A stretch of 64,000 nt of DNA from the human T2T-CHM13v2.0 reference genome, Homo sapiens: assembly GCF_009914755.1 (NCBI RefSeq), contig NC_060929.1; one strand, 5' to 3'. Under the pieces are notes generated by a model. It was given only the letters and a program-made list of their open reading frames with translations. It searched no databases and was not told where the DNA came from. Shown piece after piece: positions 28,570 to 42,505 of the stretch (position 1 is the stretch's first letter; each line of letters starts with the position of its first letter). A program made the translations under genes and the position numbers.

Positions 28570-28735
28570 TGGTATTTGAAGAAGGCTACCACAAGCCCCC
28601 AGAACATCCCTTTCCCAGACTCAAAGGCATGATTTCAAATTCCTTCACTCTCTCAGCTATTCTCCCAACTGCATTCCAGTGCGGTTTCTAGAGTTTTGCC
28701 TAGAACTGTACGCGACACCCCACATGTACCTACTC
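28570..28735 (-). mobile_element. L3/CR1 fragment
   Basis: tatttgaagaaggcta..ccc..tttcccagact..atggtttc-like..cctagaactgtac resembles the recalled L3 3' region. Confidence 0.5.
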
Positions 28736-29469
28736 AGTCCCCACAGGACACCGATATTGCAATAATACTTTCCCCTGGGCTACAGAGAGCAGGTCAGCCA
28801 GGAAATGAATCCGGGCTCCCCAAAAGGACCGATTGCTAGTAATCTTCAAATAGGACTGCTACTGACAGGCAACTTGTGAACAAAGTAATTTGTATCTGCT
28901 GCCCTGCTCCAGCCTGGCTCACCACAGCTAGTTTTGTGGGGTCCTTACCCTTCTTCCCTTAACCCTGGAGAGCTTCTGCACTCTTAGAAAAATGCAGTGC
29001 CCTTCTTCACCCCAAAATAGGATTCTGTGCAACAGGGAGGGTCCGATGTGCATCTGACTGGTCAGCCTCTTCCTTCCCAAGCATCCTGGTAGGGATTAGG
29101 GTCAGCTTAGTTACCACGAAGGTGAATTCTGGGATGGGGAGAAACATGCACACGCACACACACACACACACACACACGTGCGTAGTAGTGAAACTGGGAA
29201 TCTGGTCAAATCTCTGATCCCACTGAAAGTAATCAAAATGGCAGCAAAGGCATTACTGGAGAGTTGTACGTAACAGAATCATTTTCATGTTAGTTTTGAC
29301 CTGGGTTCATGGAAGTCTACTCAAGTTATCCTCTGCAAATGCTGTCTCCTTTTCATGTAAATGTACTCTATCAGCAGGAAGCATGTACACAGAAGGCAGG
29401 GACACATGGCCTTTAATAAGCCACTGGTGCTCTATTTTCCCTAAAGGATAGAAATGATCTCAGGTTGAT

Positions 29470-29705
29470 AAAAGCTACTGTTTATCAATCACCACTATGT
29501 ACTATGGACCAGGTGCTGAGTTAGGCGCTCCCCTTAGAAGTGCTGTATCTAACTCTCTTGGTCCTGTGAGGCAGGAACTGTCCATTTCACAGATTGGAAT
29601 GGTAAATCAGAAAGGACCAGTCATTTGCCCAAGGGTTGCACAGTAATAAGTGCTGGGAACCAGACTTGGAACGAGGGCTGTATAGTGCATGTAATCTTGG
29701 CTCCA
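29470..29705 (-). mobile_element. MIR
   Basis: cctgtgaggcagg..ccatttcacagat..atttgcccaagg. Confidence 0.65.
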
Positions 29706-30254
29706 AGCCCAGTCCCCTCATTTTAAAGCAGAGTTTTAGCTTGTCTTCTGTATATGATTTAGAGATGCAGAGTTTTAAGGTAAGCAATCTAAATGTAACC
29801 TGAGAGTCCTTTATTCAACCAGACAGTACAATATATTCAAATCTACCTAAAGATTTACTTTCTGACTTGATAGTGGATTTTTTTTCCTGAAAAATGATCA
29901 CTTATGTCTCTAGCATTTAACTAGCATACAAAGCACTTCCACATAAATCATTAGCTCATCTGAGTTCCTTCGGCAGGTGATGTTCTATTTTACGGAGGAA
30001 GAAATGGTGCCTCAGAGAGGCTGGAACCTTGCTTGGGGTCCTGGGGGTGGAGCCCGGGAGGAAGCGCAAGGGCTGTGCTCTTCAGTCGGGTCGTCTGAGA
30101 TCTCCACCATCTCAGACGACTCTGTTCCTCAGTCTCGGGAACAAAATGCAGGGGAGGCTTCAAACCATTTAACAGATTCGAGGCAGCCGACAGGGCCAGA
30201 GACGATTCAGAACCACGCAAAGGAGGGACCGTGGCAAATGGACACCATGAGTGT

Positions 30255-30395
30255 GGGCTAGAGTGTTGGATGATCCGGGTTCAAATCCTGACTCTGCCAG
30301 GGACAAGCTGGTGAGCTGGTGGTTGACTTTTCTGAGGCTTAGTTTCCTTGTCTATAAAACTGGACAGCAACAGACCCTACCTTCTTAGGTGACTC
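30255..30395 (+). mobile_element. MIR, followed by (CA)n at 30407-30445
   Basis: gggttcaaatcctgactctgcc..tctgaggcttagtttccttgtctataaaa. Confidence 0.7.
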
Positions 30396-32469
30396 TATAT
30401 ATGTGCATACACACACACACACACACACACACGCACATACACACAGCAGAAAGCAACAGATTCTAAACAGGGTCGAAACACAGTTTCCAAATTTGCTTCT
30501 AGGCTGCCTGGCGGGCTCTGTGCTTTCCTGAGGAGGGTGGGCAAAGAGACTGCTTTTCCAGGGTAATGACCTTGAGAACTGGGCCGCACCTCAAATCAAA
30601 CCCTCTGTCAGTGCAGAAGAAGAGGCCCTTGGGCCTCACCCACTGTGTGCTGATGAAAGGTAGTCACAGTGTGTGCTTAGCACTTGTGTAACAGAGAGGA
30701 CACGACACTAGAGCACTGCAGTGGGAGGACAGGGTACCCTCGATCAGCTTCTGCCCATACAAAGTGAATGGGGCTGGGGGCTCTTCTCATGCACTGATGA
30801 AGGGGGTGACATAGGTTGTGGCCCAGCACATGCGCTCATTGACCGGGAAAAGCAGTCTCCTCAGGAAAGCACAGAGCCTGCAGGGCAGCCTAGAAGCAAA
30901 TTCCAAAACTCTTGTTTTGACTCTGCTCAGAATCCATAGCTTTGTGCTTCCAGAGTTTACAGAAAATATATTCCCAGCTGGGGTGACTTTTTAAACATTT
31001 CCCAGTAAGTCGATGGAAAACAAATCCGTTCCTGCCATTTTTAGTTCTTGAAATACCTTCTTGGCTTGGTCTTAATTTATTTGGGCTATTAATTTTCTGG
31101 ACAGCAAAATAATAATTAGCATGGCTGGTGAGCAGAGGGAAACGTCTCACTCGATTGCACCCAGACATTTCTGGATAACATCATTCTTCAGAGTGTGACA
31201 GTCGAGGCTGTCTCCCTCCTTCAGCCTGGCTTCAGCACTGACAACATTTCCACAAGATGGCACTGCTGGTCCTCTCAGCCCGCGAACGCTCCGGCCAGCT
31301 CAGCCACCTCAAGGAGAAATGGAAGCCGGCCAGGCACTGCGGGCGAGGGCTGCTGGCACCTGGGCACGAGGGTGCCCCTTCTCCCCAGGAGTGGCTAATT
31401 GTCACGAGTCTGACCAAAGGCATATAAAACTCAACTCCAGTGTCGTAAACACAATTCTAAACCCGAGAGAAAATAATCTGGAACCTAATTCCTTCTAAAT
31501 TTGGCATAAGAAATTTATAACATTTTTCAAAAGGGCACAACCAGAGGTGCTTTTCTAGGTGAGAATGCTTGAGCTCATGTTCACATTGGTCTAACAGCAC
31601 CTTCTTTGCAGTGAGATGCTGTTTTCATACAACTGGAATCAGCCTTCAAATCCTTCAGTGAAGAGGCTGGGACGGCAATCTGCCCCTTCCTCAGAACTAC
31701 TGCTTCCAGGACACTGTGATTTCAGGACAAAACTTCATCTCAACCTGTTCTTCTGGGTCTGGGCCAGGTCTGGGTCTGTGTGGGAAGGATGCTCTCATTT
31801 GGGGGTTCTGAAATATTTCTCTCCAGGTAGCATTCCACCCACAGATATTTGGCTAATTGTTGATCCAGATGTCAAAACTTCACAGAGATTTTTTTTTTTT
31901 TTTAGTTAGGAAAGGCTAAACCCCCAAGTTCTGAGTGTGTTGGGTGAATAGGGCTCATCAGTAGATGACGTGTTCCACACTCTGCATGTAGTGTGAAAGC
32001 CACAGACTGGGAGTCTGGTTTAAACAGGAGGGAACCTTCATTTTCCCTCTAGACACAGCTCCAGAAAGCTCCTGTGTGCCCAGCACTCTTCCCATTCCAG
32101 ACCACTTCAGTTTCTGGCGTGTGGATCTTCCCTCCCCCTCCTCCTGCTCTTCCCTATTGTACCCCTTTCCCTGGATGCAAAGAAGGGGAAATAACAACAG
32201 GAAGTGTTAATTACCCTTCTCACATCTTATGGATTTAATACGTAGTGATGGTCCTGGGCCACTGAGAGTCTCAAAATTCATCACATATACAGAAGCGACC
32301 ACATCTGAGGGGCACAGCCCAGGCACCACTTCCTGAAAGTGAGCCAGGGAATAGGGGGTGTGGCGGGGGGGAGGCTTCAGCCTGGTGTAGAAATCCCAGA
32401 CATTCTGCTGCCATCTCCACAGGAGTCATAGGCGATTCAGAACCACAGACAAAAGCAGTGTCATGGCAC

Positions 32470-32680
32470 GTTTGAGGGCTTGGGCTTAGGAAATAGATGG
32501 TTCTGGGGTTGAATCTCAGTTCAGATGAGCAGCCTCTCAAAGCCTCAGTGTCCATCTGTAAGATGGGAATGATTCCTACTTTGTAGAATAGGGAGTTTAA
32601 AGAAAATAATGTATTCACTGTGCTTGGAATAGGCCTCCACTGACAAGCTCATGTTTAGTGGCAATAAGTAATGAATTAGT
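32470..32680 (+). mobile_element. MIR
   Basis: gcctcagtgtccatctgtaagatgggaatgat. Confidence 0.7.
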
Positions 32681-34772
32681 TTCCTATGTAAAGACAGTCT
32701 AGAAATTGCTTTTTGTCTTCTAAAGCATAACACTTCCTTTCTCTCTCTCTCATTTCTTTCAAGACTGGGGAATTTCAGAGTTTCTCAGGGCTTCTTTGAA
32801 GAATGCCAGCGGGCCCACCTTGAGTTTCCTCACTCCTTTGTTCTAAGCATTGCGCTGTGCCATGGCGCAGGGTTTCAGGGCATTACTATGAGAAAAGGTT
32901 CCCCCAGCACCAAAGAGTGGGAATCCCTGTCCACCTCCACTGCCAGCAGCCTGAACAATTCAAACAGTATAAAGCAGCAAAAATGACTGCTTCCTTTCCT
33001 TAATGAAATGTTCCAGAGAAGGTAACTTTTAGGAAGAATGTAGGTTATCATTAAGGGCAAGGGGCAAACTTAAAAAAAAGGGTGCATGTTTAACTACATG
33101 GCAATGTGGAACATACTGGGGGGAAGCCCGCCTAGGCTTAGCTCTAAAGCTACATTGTTGGGAGACCTTGGCTGTAGGTGGGCCATCTCTAAAGACGCTA
33201 GATCAGGCATTGGACATAGTCCTTTGCAGTATTCAGAAAGGCTCCTGGCACTGCCCTAGGAAGTGCCTGCTCACCGTGCTTTATTACATGGTTAGCTCGT
33301 TACAAGACAGATGCGCGGCTGTCCAGCAGGGCCTGAGGACAATTGGTATGATTATTAGTCTGTATAACGATCATCTATGTATTAAAAACTTTACATGTTG
33401 CTTGATTTCAGTATGTAACATTTACCCTAAAAACCGTTCCATCTTTGATTCTGAACACGTCCACGCTTTAGAGTCACTCTTTGGAATTTCAATTATGGGG
33501 AGGTGCTGGTGACTGCTTAATGCTGATTAGACAGGTGCTTTAAAAATCACTCTATTTATTGTCTATATTTTGAAATGCAATCTTCAGGCTCAAGGGTCAT
33601 GTTATAAATGGTTTAATTTTTGGGAGGTGGGTGTCCATGGTTCAAAGTACAAAGTATTTTAAATAGGATAAAACTATGGTGGCTCTAAAAAGGAAAATGA
33701 TCATGTAGGTAGAAAAAAATCCAACAAGACAACTGTCATTGGAATTCCTATTAGAAAGAAGTACACATTAATCCAATACAGACACCAAAAAACTCATCTG
33801 GTCTGAGTCTACTTCCATCTCCGGAAGCACAGGTGGCTGACCTTAAATGGGACCAGCTGTCACTAGGATGTTTTTGTGTCGAACCCAGCAACAGAATTAG
33901 AGAGATGCCAGAGTTAACTTGCACTGAGGATACTTTCCAGCCAGGTGTCTGGCTGGAAAGTCACAGAGCTACGCATCTAGCAAGAATCAAAGCCTGGCCT
34001 GTGAGAACCACGCACAGTGTGGACTCAGGTCAGGGACACTGCATGATGGACAAGGGCTTTCTGAATTCCTGAATTCACCAGGAATTATGTCCTTAGTCCA
34101 CCTTTCCCACACACAGCAAGGGAGGGAGTTGGTGAGCTGAGAGCACAGCTACTCACCAGCCAGCCAGGCTGATGCAGTAAGTGTCCTCAGTGGTCTCTGG
34201 ATCTGCAAATTCAACTGCTACCTGACTGGAAATGCTAGCTCTGGGGACCCTCCTAAGGCCCTTCCTCAGATCATACCAAGCACTTGGGCCTTTTCCAGAC
34301 TTAGCAAAAAAAAAAAAAAAAAAAAAAAAAAGAGAGCAAGGTCAAGTAGACAGAAAACTAAACTCACAACCAATTCTGCTTACTTTCCAAAACCAGCTAG
34401 TGAGTTGGGATAACTTACGTTCAACCCAACAACCCTACCTTCACCCACGTTTATAGCAAACACCGCCGAGTATTAGAATAGAATGGGAGCGCAGCAGGGC
34501 AGGCTGTGGTATAGACCAGCATCAAAGGCCCCTAAAGTTTGGGTTTCGAGAAATGCACTGTGAGCCACTAATTAAAGTCTTCACTCACTCCCTGATATTG
34601 ACTATTCATGATGCCCTGATCTCTAGTGACTGGGTCTCTCCTGGGTAAATTAATATTCAGGGCCCTAAGGTTTATTGTGGTTTATTTATTAGTTGGTTTC
34701 ATTCATTTATTCACACACATACTATACATATATATGTAGAGTGTCATTCTATCTATCAATCATCCATCTATC

Positions 34773-35198
34773 TGTCAACAAAAGTTCTCTGAAAAAGGAA
34801 TTTGGAGGAAAGAGACTTTATTCCAGTGAACAGTTTGCAAACCAGGGAGACACAGCCTCCAATATAAAATGAAGGTATGTTCCAAAGAACAAAGGAAGAC
34901 TTGGGTTTTAGAGCAAAAGTTCCCACCCAGGTTCCCAATCAGGTCTGTTTATTCAAATTAAAAAAAATGAAATTTGCTTAGTTCTGATTGGCTGATACGG
35001 CTGAGTACTGGTTGGTTGGTTCAGGTGAGCTCTAAAAGTCCCAAAGATAAAAAGGTGCAGGTTTGGGGGGGATCTCAGCATACCTGTATGACCCCTAGTC
35101 GGCAAATGGCCACTTGGCTCTATTTCAAATCTGGACCCAGTGAGCCACTAAGGATCTATATTGGAAGACTGGCCCTTCCAGGTTCACATTTGTTCACA
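34773..35198 (-). mobile_element. ERV1-class solo LTR (MER66-like)
   Basis: TG...CA termini. The minus strand starts tgtgaacaaatgtgaacc..gagccaagtggccatttgc and carries CCAAT boxes (ctgattgg) and AATAAA (actttatt). Confidence 0.7.
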
Positions 35199-38100
35199 TC
35201 TACCTACCTACCTACCTACCTACTTACCTATCTGTCTGTCTGTCTACGGTGTTTATAAGTATCAAGCATGCCTGAAAATAAGGAAGCATTTGCACAATCT
35301 CTGGAGCATCTCCTACTTTTTCCTGCCTGTCCAGTTGCTGGAGGGACATAGGAGCTTGTCTCCGCTTCTTATCACTGTCATCTTCTTCCTCCTCTCCACT
35401 AGCAGGCATTTGGTGTTCACACACTGTATAGGACGCTGGGTTAGGGACTGAGGTGAAGACTGGTCCCAGAGGGCTCCCTAAATAGCAAGAGGCCAACAGG
35501 CCACACCTGTGAGGTTTACCAGAAGCTAATGCGAAAGCAGGTCACCATGGGTTTCTGGAAAAGTGGGCTGTCTCTATTTTGATGTGGCCGGTCTCTGTGG
35601 CAACCCCATGAAAACTAAGAATGTCCTTATTGACAGGAAGGACTTCCACAAGACTGATCCTCCATCAGGGATGAGAATTCCCCCAGAGCTATTCCTGAGG
35701 ACATGCAGGGAACCACAGAATCTCTGTGAACTTGGTGAATGAGCCTTTCCAGAGAGGAATGAAAGGGCAGGGGCAGGAAGCAAGGGGAATGTCCAGAGTG
35801 TGCTGCACTAGGCCCCAGGCCCACGGCTCTCACTCCTTCCTGCTTCTCCCAAAGGTTCCCTGGGGTGTCCCCTGCCTTGAGGGAGCTTCCTTTGCTTTCC
35901 ATGAGGACAGCCAGATAATATGCTTTACCACCAGCAAATCTCACCAGTGAAGATATCTATGTGCCCTGTTATTCACAAAGTGAGGAGGCAGATGCTGGAT
36001 GATGGACAGAGCAAGCTGCGACCCTGAGGGCCCCTCTCCAAGCTGAGATGCACCTGGAGGGCACAACCTCGAGCATGAAGAGGGTAACCAGAATGGGGCC
36101 CTGGGTGGGCCCCTCCGCGGGCAGGATGTGACATACTTCTAGGGAGCATTAGGGCTCAATGGAAACTTTCCACTAAGACGTCAGAGGGGAATTGATGTGT
36201 AGTGTATAATCCTCACTTTGAGGCGCTATGTACACGTAGACATCTACATGAGAGCCTTCCTTCTTCCACATGGCTGGGCAGATAAGTCCACCCACCTGAC
36301 TTCTGAGGCCCACTGAGAAGTGACAGAAAGTGCAAGAACAACACAGGTGCATTTCAGGAGAACTGCCACCACCATCTCTAAGGACAGCTGCAAGCCACCC
36401 TGCAAATGTTAATGAATTAGAATGCAAACTAAGGTTGGGGCCAAAGGAGGAACTGGAGGCTCTTTATTCTCCTTTTCACATCTGCTGGGACCTGTAGGAA
36501 GGGGAGTCGTTAGGGATGGGAGAAGGGAAGGAAATTTTCAGCTGAGGCACAGGTTCTGGTGGGGAGTTCTCACTGGCACTGTTGCGCCCCAGGGGCAGCG
36601 TGGATGTGTGGGGCATGGTAGTCAGCGTGCATGGATCTGTGCTCACCACCACTGTGCCTGGGCGCTTCCATCAGGTAAATATTCACTGAGCAACCACCCA
36701 GTGCCTGCCCAGTGCTGGGTGCTGGAGACCCAGGAGCCACCACCCAGATGGGGCCGGCCTTGCTGCGGCAAGAGGGTGCTGGGCTCTCTGCAGCATTATA
36801 GGACTCAAGGCTGACTTGACCTGCTTTGCAAACTAACCCAGGGCCCTTGTTTCTCTGGGTCACGTGCTATAGGTAAGATGGCCCTACTGTTTTACATTCT
36901 GTTATCTCAAACCAGAATACATTGGCTGACCAGCACAAGGCAGAATGTGTGAAAACAGAACTTTCCCAGAAAATCTGGGCCATGGGGCCCCTGCTCTGAA
37001 TAGACGGGTGTGAAATGCCTGTGTCTGTGCTGTTCCATGCATCTGATGAACAAGCTGTCACCTTAGAAACCAGAGGGAAGAAGCCCACAGAGAGGTGAAC
37101 ACCCAGGAGGCAAACCATGGCATCTGGCTGGGGCATCCGGGTACTTGGTCAAGACCTGAAGCAGCCATTGGCTATGAGGGCTTATTTCCCAAGGAAACAA
37201 AAAACGCAGTGTTTAAAGTGAGATACATGCATAAAGCACCCAGAGAAGTCATCTGCCTCTGTGTTGCTTGTTTAATAAAGGCAGGTGAAGATGGAACAGG
37301 AGCACTAACTCACAACACCGATTTAAAAGAAGTCAGCTGTATCATGGAGAACGCAAGTCAAAGAGGAGTTCTTTTCAAGCTCAAGATGCAATCTGCTGCT
37401 TTTCCTCAGCATTTGCCTCAATAAGGAACCAATTTGAATATTTTTAAACCCAGCATCTTTATGGTTCAGTAACGGGGCTGAGAGCCCTAAAATGGTTTTC
37501 AAGGATGTAAGTACAAACATACTGTGCATTGTAGTTTCCAATAATGATTGCAATGTCAGATGACATTGTATTTGTCTTCTATCAGTTTCTTAAAATAAAT
37601 AAATAAATAAAAAGGTTGAGGGGGACGGGGGGCGGGGGGGCAGTGGGTGGTGCAACCAATCCCCTGCCATCTCGTCTCTGACCAGTAGAGGGAGAATGAA
37701 CTTCATTCAGGGCAGCAAATTAGGCCTCAAGTTATCCCTAGGATGATGGTTATGTCCCTGATTCCCTGGGACGGTCTGGGTTCAGGCATTGGTCCTGGTG
37801 TTATTACTAGCAGTGCTTTCTTTCACTCTCAAAGCATGTCAGACTAAATATGCTGCATGGTCACTCCAAGCTGAGACACAGAATTCTGGTATGATCCTCA
37901 ACTTTTCCGGGACACTTAAGTTTCATTTTTCATGGAAGAAATGCTCGGATTGCCTGTGCTTGGTTCCACCTTGATACTTGAGCCAGCTGATAAACAGCAA
38001 CTTCAAGGCTGGCTCATGTTCTCTTTCCATCACTTTCCTTCCCCTCCAAGGGCAGGACTTATACTTTCCCAGCTGTGTTGCCATAAGAACTTCCCAACAT

Positions 38101-39480
38101 GGCTTTAGGCTTATCACAACACAGCTTTAGGCTTCTGCACGCATGGCTCCCCTTCAAGGTCAAGGACCATGGTGGAATTTGTTGTGTGCCCAGCGCCTGG
38201 CACATGGTCTGGTGCGCACACATACTCAACAAATGCTTTGAGCACCAAATGACATCACCGGTCAGCGACCCTCAGCTTAGCACAAGTTTGTGGTCGTGGC
38301 CAGGCAGTGAATGAACCAGGGTGCTTAGCTGGAACTGTTTGTTGCTCATTTCTTAGGAATGAGTAACTCTCATGCCCTGCCCGCCTCAAAGGCTTGCAAA
38401 AGAGGCAAAAGAGCGATTAGAGATAGTGGATTTATTTTTGTGACCCGACAATCTGGCTGAGCTGGATCTGCTGGCCATGGGTTGATATCTGGAGTCCCCA
38501 AGCAAATGGGCCCTTCCTCCAGCTTTTGCCAGACTGACCTGGAAGATTGGCTTTTCTCCCTCTTTAGAGGGAGCTCAGGCTAACAGGTACTTCTTCAGAT
38601 CTTTTCAAGGCAAACTTGAGAATGGTGATAGAGCCATGAGCTGAAGCTTAAATGATAAGCACAATTAGCTAGAGGCGGTAAGGAAAAGAGGGATGGGGTG
38701 TTATCAATGACCACATTCACGAGCCTGAATTAACGAATTCAACAGGAAAAACTCCATCTACCTTCTTTATGGCAACTCCTGGCAGCTGCCAACAACAGCT
38801 GGATGGCTTTGCAGGACTCTTGCCTAAACCAGAGAAAGACTAAGCATCAAAGGTAGCTCATCTTGTTAAGAAAGCATGTCTTTTTAATAAAGTGCGATGT
38901 CACTCATGACCAAAAAAACCCTTGCAAAAGGGACAGTAACATGCAGACAGATGTGCACCCTTACCCTGAGCATAAACGATCTGGCATGCCTTGCCTCCTC
39001 AGCCAGAGTCTCAAATGCCTGAAGAATCTGGGTCTTAAGTTTTCAACTTTCGTCTCCTTACCTAAGGCTACTCCACAATTTCTGGGTTTAGTCATCTGCA
39101 AGTGAATGCTGGGAAACAGCCTGTTTCTGTTGATTCCCCTTATCACCAAGCACCTAGGAGCAGGGCTCTGTGAGGAATGACTCACTCTGGGCAGTAGGAC
39201 ACATCTTACAAAGCAGGGGTGCTCCCAAAATAGGGAGCTTACTTGTTGGGACACAGTAAGATGTTTTTCCCTTTAGAAACAATATGAATGATGCTTAGGT
39301 TCCTAAACTGTCTCAGAAGACACGTAATCCAAGTGTAGGCTGTGAAATGCTAGTGTGCTGAGTTGGGGCTGAGAGCTGGGCCTGGCTGGCTGTGGGCTTC
39401 TACAGAGTAGTTGCAGCCCTGTGCACAGGCAGGGGGGGTGTCACCGACTTGCATGTGGGCAGGTCTTTGCTGCGCATCAG

Positions 39481-39735
39481 GTGCTTTAAGCTTCGGAACA
39501 ACTGTGCAGGATTCTATTTTAGTATTCTGGAAGCATCATTGAGGAAGTAGTCCAGTGAAGTTAGCTCTAAAAAAACTCTTTACTCTAACAATTAAAAGAA
39601 ATATGCCAAAGGATCCATAAGGGATGAATAAATTATTAAACTATTAAGAAGTTGCTATAAATATGCAGTGTTAATTCAATAATTCATAACGGACTGGTAC
39701 AACAAGATTTTTTAAGGCTCATAAAATACTGCTGG
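39481..39735. promoter_or_regulatory. Candidate conserved non-coding element / developmental enhancer
   Basis: Non-repetitive AT-rich block with abrupt borders to GC-rich flanks; dense TAAT/ATTA, ACAAT and CTCATAAAA motifs. Conservation is inferred, not measured. Confidence 0.45.
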
Positions 39736-40124
39736 CTTTGGCAGTAGCTAGTGTCCTGGGGCTCATGCCAATTGCTTCTTTACACAGCAGCCTGGGTGTG
39801 GGGGGCACAGGGAGCCTTCCCCTGGCTGGCTGCCCAAGGACTCCAGGTAGAGGACAGCGCAGGGCGTGGCTGTGGGGATGTGCCTTCACTGCCTCTCCAG
39901 CCTTGCTGGGGGCCAGGCACTGGCTTGTCTCTATGGCTTCACAAAAAATACAGCAGCGGTGAAGAGGGGGAGAATTCACAGCACCATGCTGTGGCAGAAA
40001 GCAGCATCCCGAGGGCTGGGCAACCTCTTGCCTGAACCTGGGAACAGGGCGTCCTGCCTGTCAAATACCAGCCAGCCTGGTGACCTTCATCTCCACAGGT
40101 GCCTTTGTACCCCAGAGTTTCCTT

Positions 40125-40450
40125 TATAGTCCCTGATCTCTTTTACCTGGAGCCCTTGGGGCTACATAGGTTTCAGAATTCAGGATTTTTCAAGTTTTAT
40201 AAAGGCAATATGTTATAAAAATCATATATAGTGAACAGTTCTGGAGGGGCTTGGGCAGCACCCCATATTCAAACCCATTAATTTTTCTACAGCAAAATGT
40301 ATGGATATTACACTAAGTAGGATTTAGGGACCATAAATATCCTCACATCAGCTCAATTTTTGCCACCATGAGTTTCAGTGTGAAAACATAAAGCCCTCTG
40401 CAGTTTTCTGAGTGCTCTGGAATGTGTATTTGCCTTGGAGACATGGGCAC
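40125..40450. mobile_element. Ancient TcMar-Tigger MITE (MamRep434/137-like)
   Basis: cccttgggg..tttcagaattcag, ggcagcacccc, cattaat..tct.cagc..aa.gtat, acactaagt match a recalled consensus. Confidence 0.5.
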
Positions 40451-41054
40451 TTTCCGCTCACCACTTCCTATGTGTCTCTGTGCTGTCGCCCAGTCTGCTG
40501 CCAAGAAAGGGAAATGGATTAGAAACAGGTAAGATGGTAAAACTGTCAGGAGGTAAAAAGATTACTCCTGGATTACATGGAGATGCCATGGTCAGCTCTA
40601 TACACTTATCTGTATAGAGTAAAATTGGATTCATTCAATTAAGTGAAACCCTTGGCAAAGCAGAATAGAACAAATGTAATCAGGGAATTTTCCCCAAATT
40701 GTATCTTGGCCTTTTCTGGGTTAATAGAACTGAGCACCAACACCTGTCTTCTGTTGTGTGGCCTTTCACTGATTCTAGAGCCCGTTGCCTGTGATCCCTC
40801 AGTCTTTCCTGCGCAGTGTACAGGGCCAGGAGCCCACAAGCATCACTGACCTCCTTTTCATACAGGTGAGAAAGCAGCTTAGAGGTAGACAGTCCCTGTG
40901 GTCGAGGGAATGGGAGGAAGTGGAGCCAGGACAAGCACGTGGGTCCTCAAACTTTCTGGCTAGCTCTGGTCTTCCTACACCTGTCGGATGCACAACCTCA
41001 GAATTGTGGCCCAAAATACATTCTGCCTGGCTCTCATCCTGCAATGCAATTTGA

Positions 41055-41215
41055 GTAGCCTGTGGTCAACTAAATTCTGGAAACACTACTTCCTGTATCC
41101 TCCTCTGAGAGACTGAAATGCCCCTTAGTGTAATGGGGCTCTGAGTCATCTTAAGGAAACCAGATTAACTTCCTTTCACCCATTTCCTGATGCGTTTGAA
41201 TCAGGAAGCCTTTTG
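41055..41215. mobile_element. MER103-like hAT fragment
   Basis: tgtggtcaa.taa..tggaaacact...ggctctgag..gaaacc..ttaact. Confidence 0.55.
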
Positions 41216-42264
41216 GGCAGAACTTCCATTAGCATCAGCCCACCGCGGCCCACACTACACACGGTCGTGACACATGTATTAAAGGCTGAGTTGCAATTGT
41301 GTTCCATATTTTATGTAGAGGTGAAGGTGGTTTACACATTTTGGAAAGAGTTTTACCTCGGAGGCTAAATAGGGGTCACAGTGATCTAGTGGGAGGCTCA
41401 GGCTAGGGAATCCATTTCTCCATCCTCCTTTTCTCCACCACTGGGTCACGTGCTGTTTGGTCACTGGAAGGACAAGTCTGTGTGGCAGAAGCCTGGGCTC
41501 TCTCCACTGCTGTGTGAGAACAAGGCTGTGCATTTGGCCCCAGCCTTTCAGCTGCCTTGTCATTTGTGATGAAACAGAAGCAGTTCCATGCAGGGCCACA
41601 TGCCCTCATGGTGTGTACTATCTGGGCGAAACCTGTCAGACAACGGGCATTTTTCATAGAGAAAGGAGAACTCAACTTTGGTCTAAGATGCTCTCTGCCC
41701 TCCTGCAGTTTTCCTTTCCTACTCAGTATCATCTTTCATGGGGAGAGAAGCAGATTTAAATGTAAGGTGCAGTCATACCTTTGAGTGCTGATTTTCTTTT
41801 GTTATGATTTGATATACCTATGTGTTGAAAAATTCCACAAATTATGAAATCCTTGGTTAGGTGGGTATGCTGGACCAGGTGTGCTTGGTGAGACATTAGT
41901 TCCATGAGCCATAAAAAAAGTGACATTCCTTTGGGGATTTACTGCCCCTGAATCATGTGAGAGCCCCAGAAACAAAGCATTTCTCAAATATGCATCATTT
42001 TAGGTAGATGAGAAAGAAGCCACAGTCACCTCCGCCCTCTGGACTGCAGAGAGCTTAGCTCACGTCGGCATTTGCATCCAACAGCACAACATGGAAAGCA
42101 GTACACAACAAGAACAGGCAGAAGTGTCTTCATAAACACATTTTGCCTAAATATTCTGTATTAACCACAGCCATCCACTTACAGGGTGTTAGGATAACTT
42201 TTAGTTCTAGGTGCTTGACTATAAAATGATGGCGATACATCAACTACTAATGAACATACTACTA

Positions 42265-42505
42265 ATAATAGCTAGTATTTCTTTCTGACTCTGGGCCCAG
42301 AACTATTCTATGTACTGGAGACACATTAACTCATGTAATCTTCACAACAGTCAGCTTAGGTAATATTATTAATAATCACAGTTTACAGATAAGGACACAT
42401 GCACAGAGAGGTTGAATAACCTGCCTAAGGCTACACAGTGAGTAAGAGGAGAAGCTAGGAACCAAACTCACAAGTGTGACACCGAAGCCTGGGCTCCTAA
42501 CTGCA
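42265..42505 (-). mobile_element. MIR
   Basis: attaactcatgtaatcttcacaac, tttacagataagga..gcacagagaggttgaataacctgcctaagg. Confidence 0.8.

Noticed and set aside
34305-34331. Isolated poly(A) as a very short retro-insertion
   Set aside because: No TSD or upstream element seen.
39481-39735. snoRNA or miRNA in the AT-rich island
   Set aside because: No convincing hairpin or C/D or H/ACA architecture by eye.
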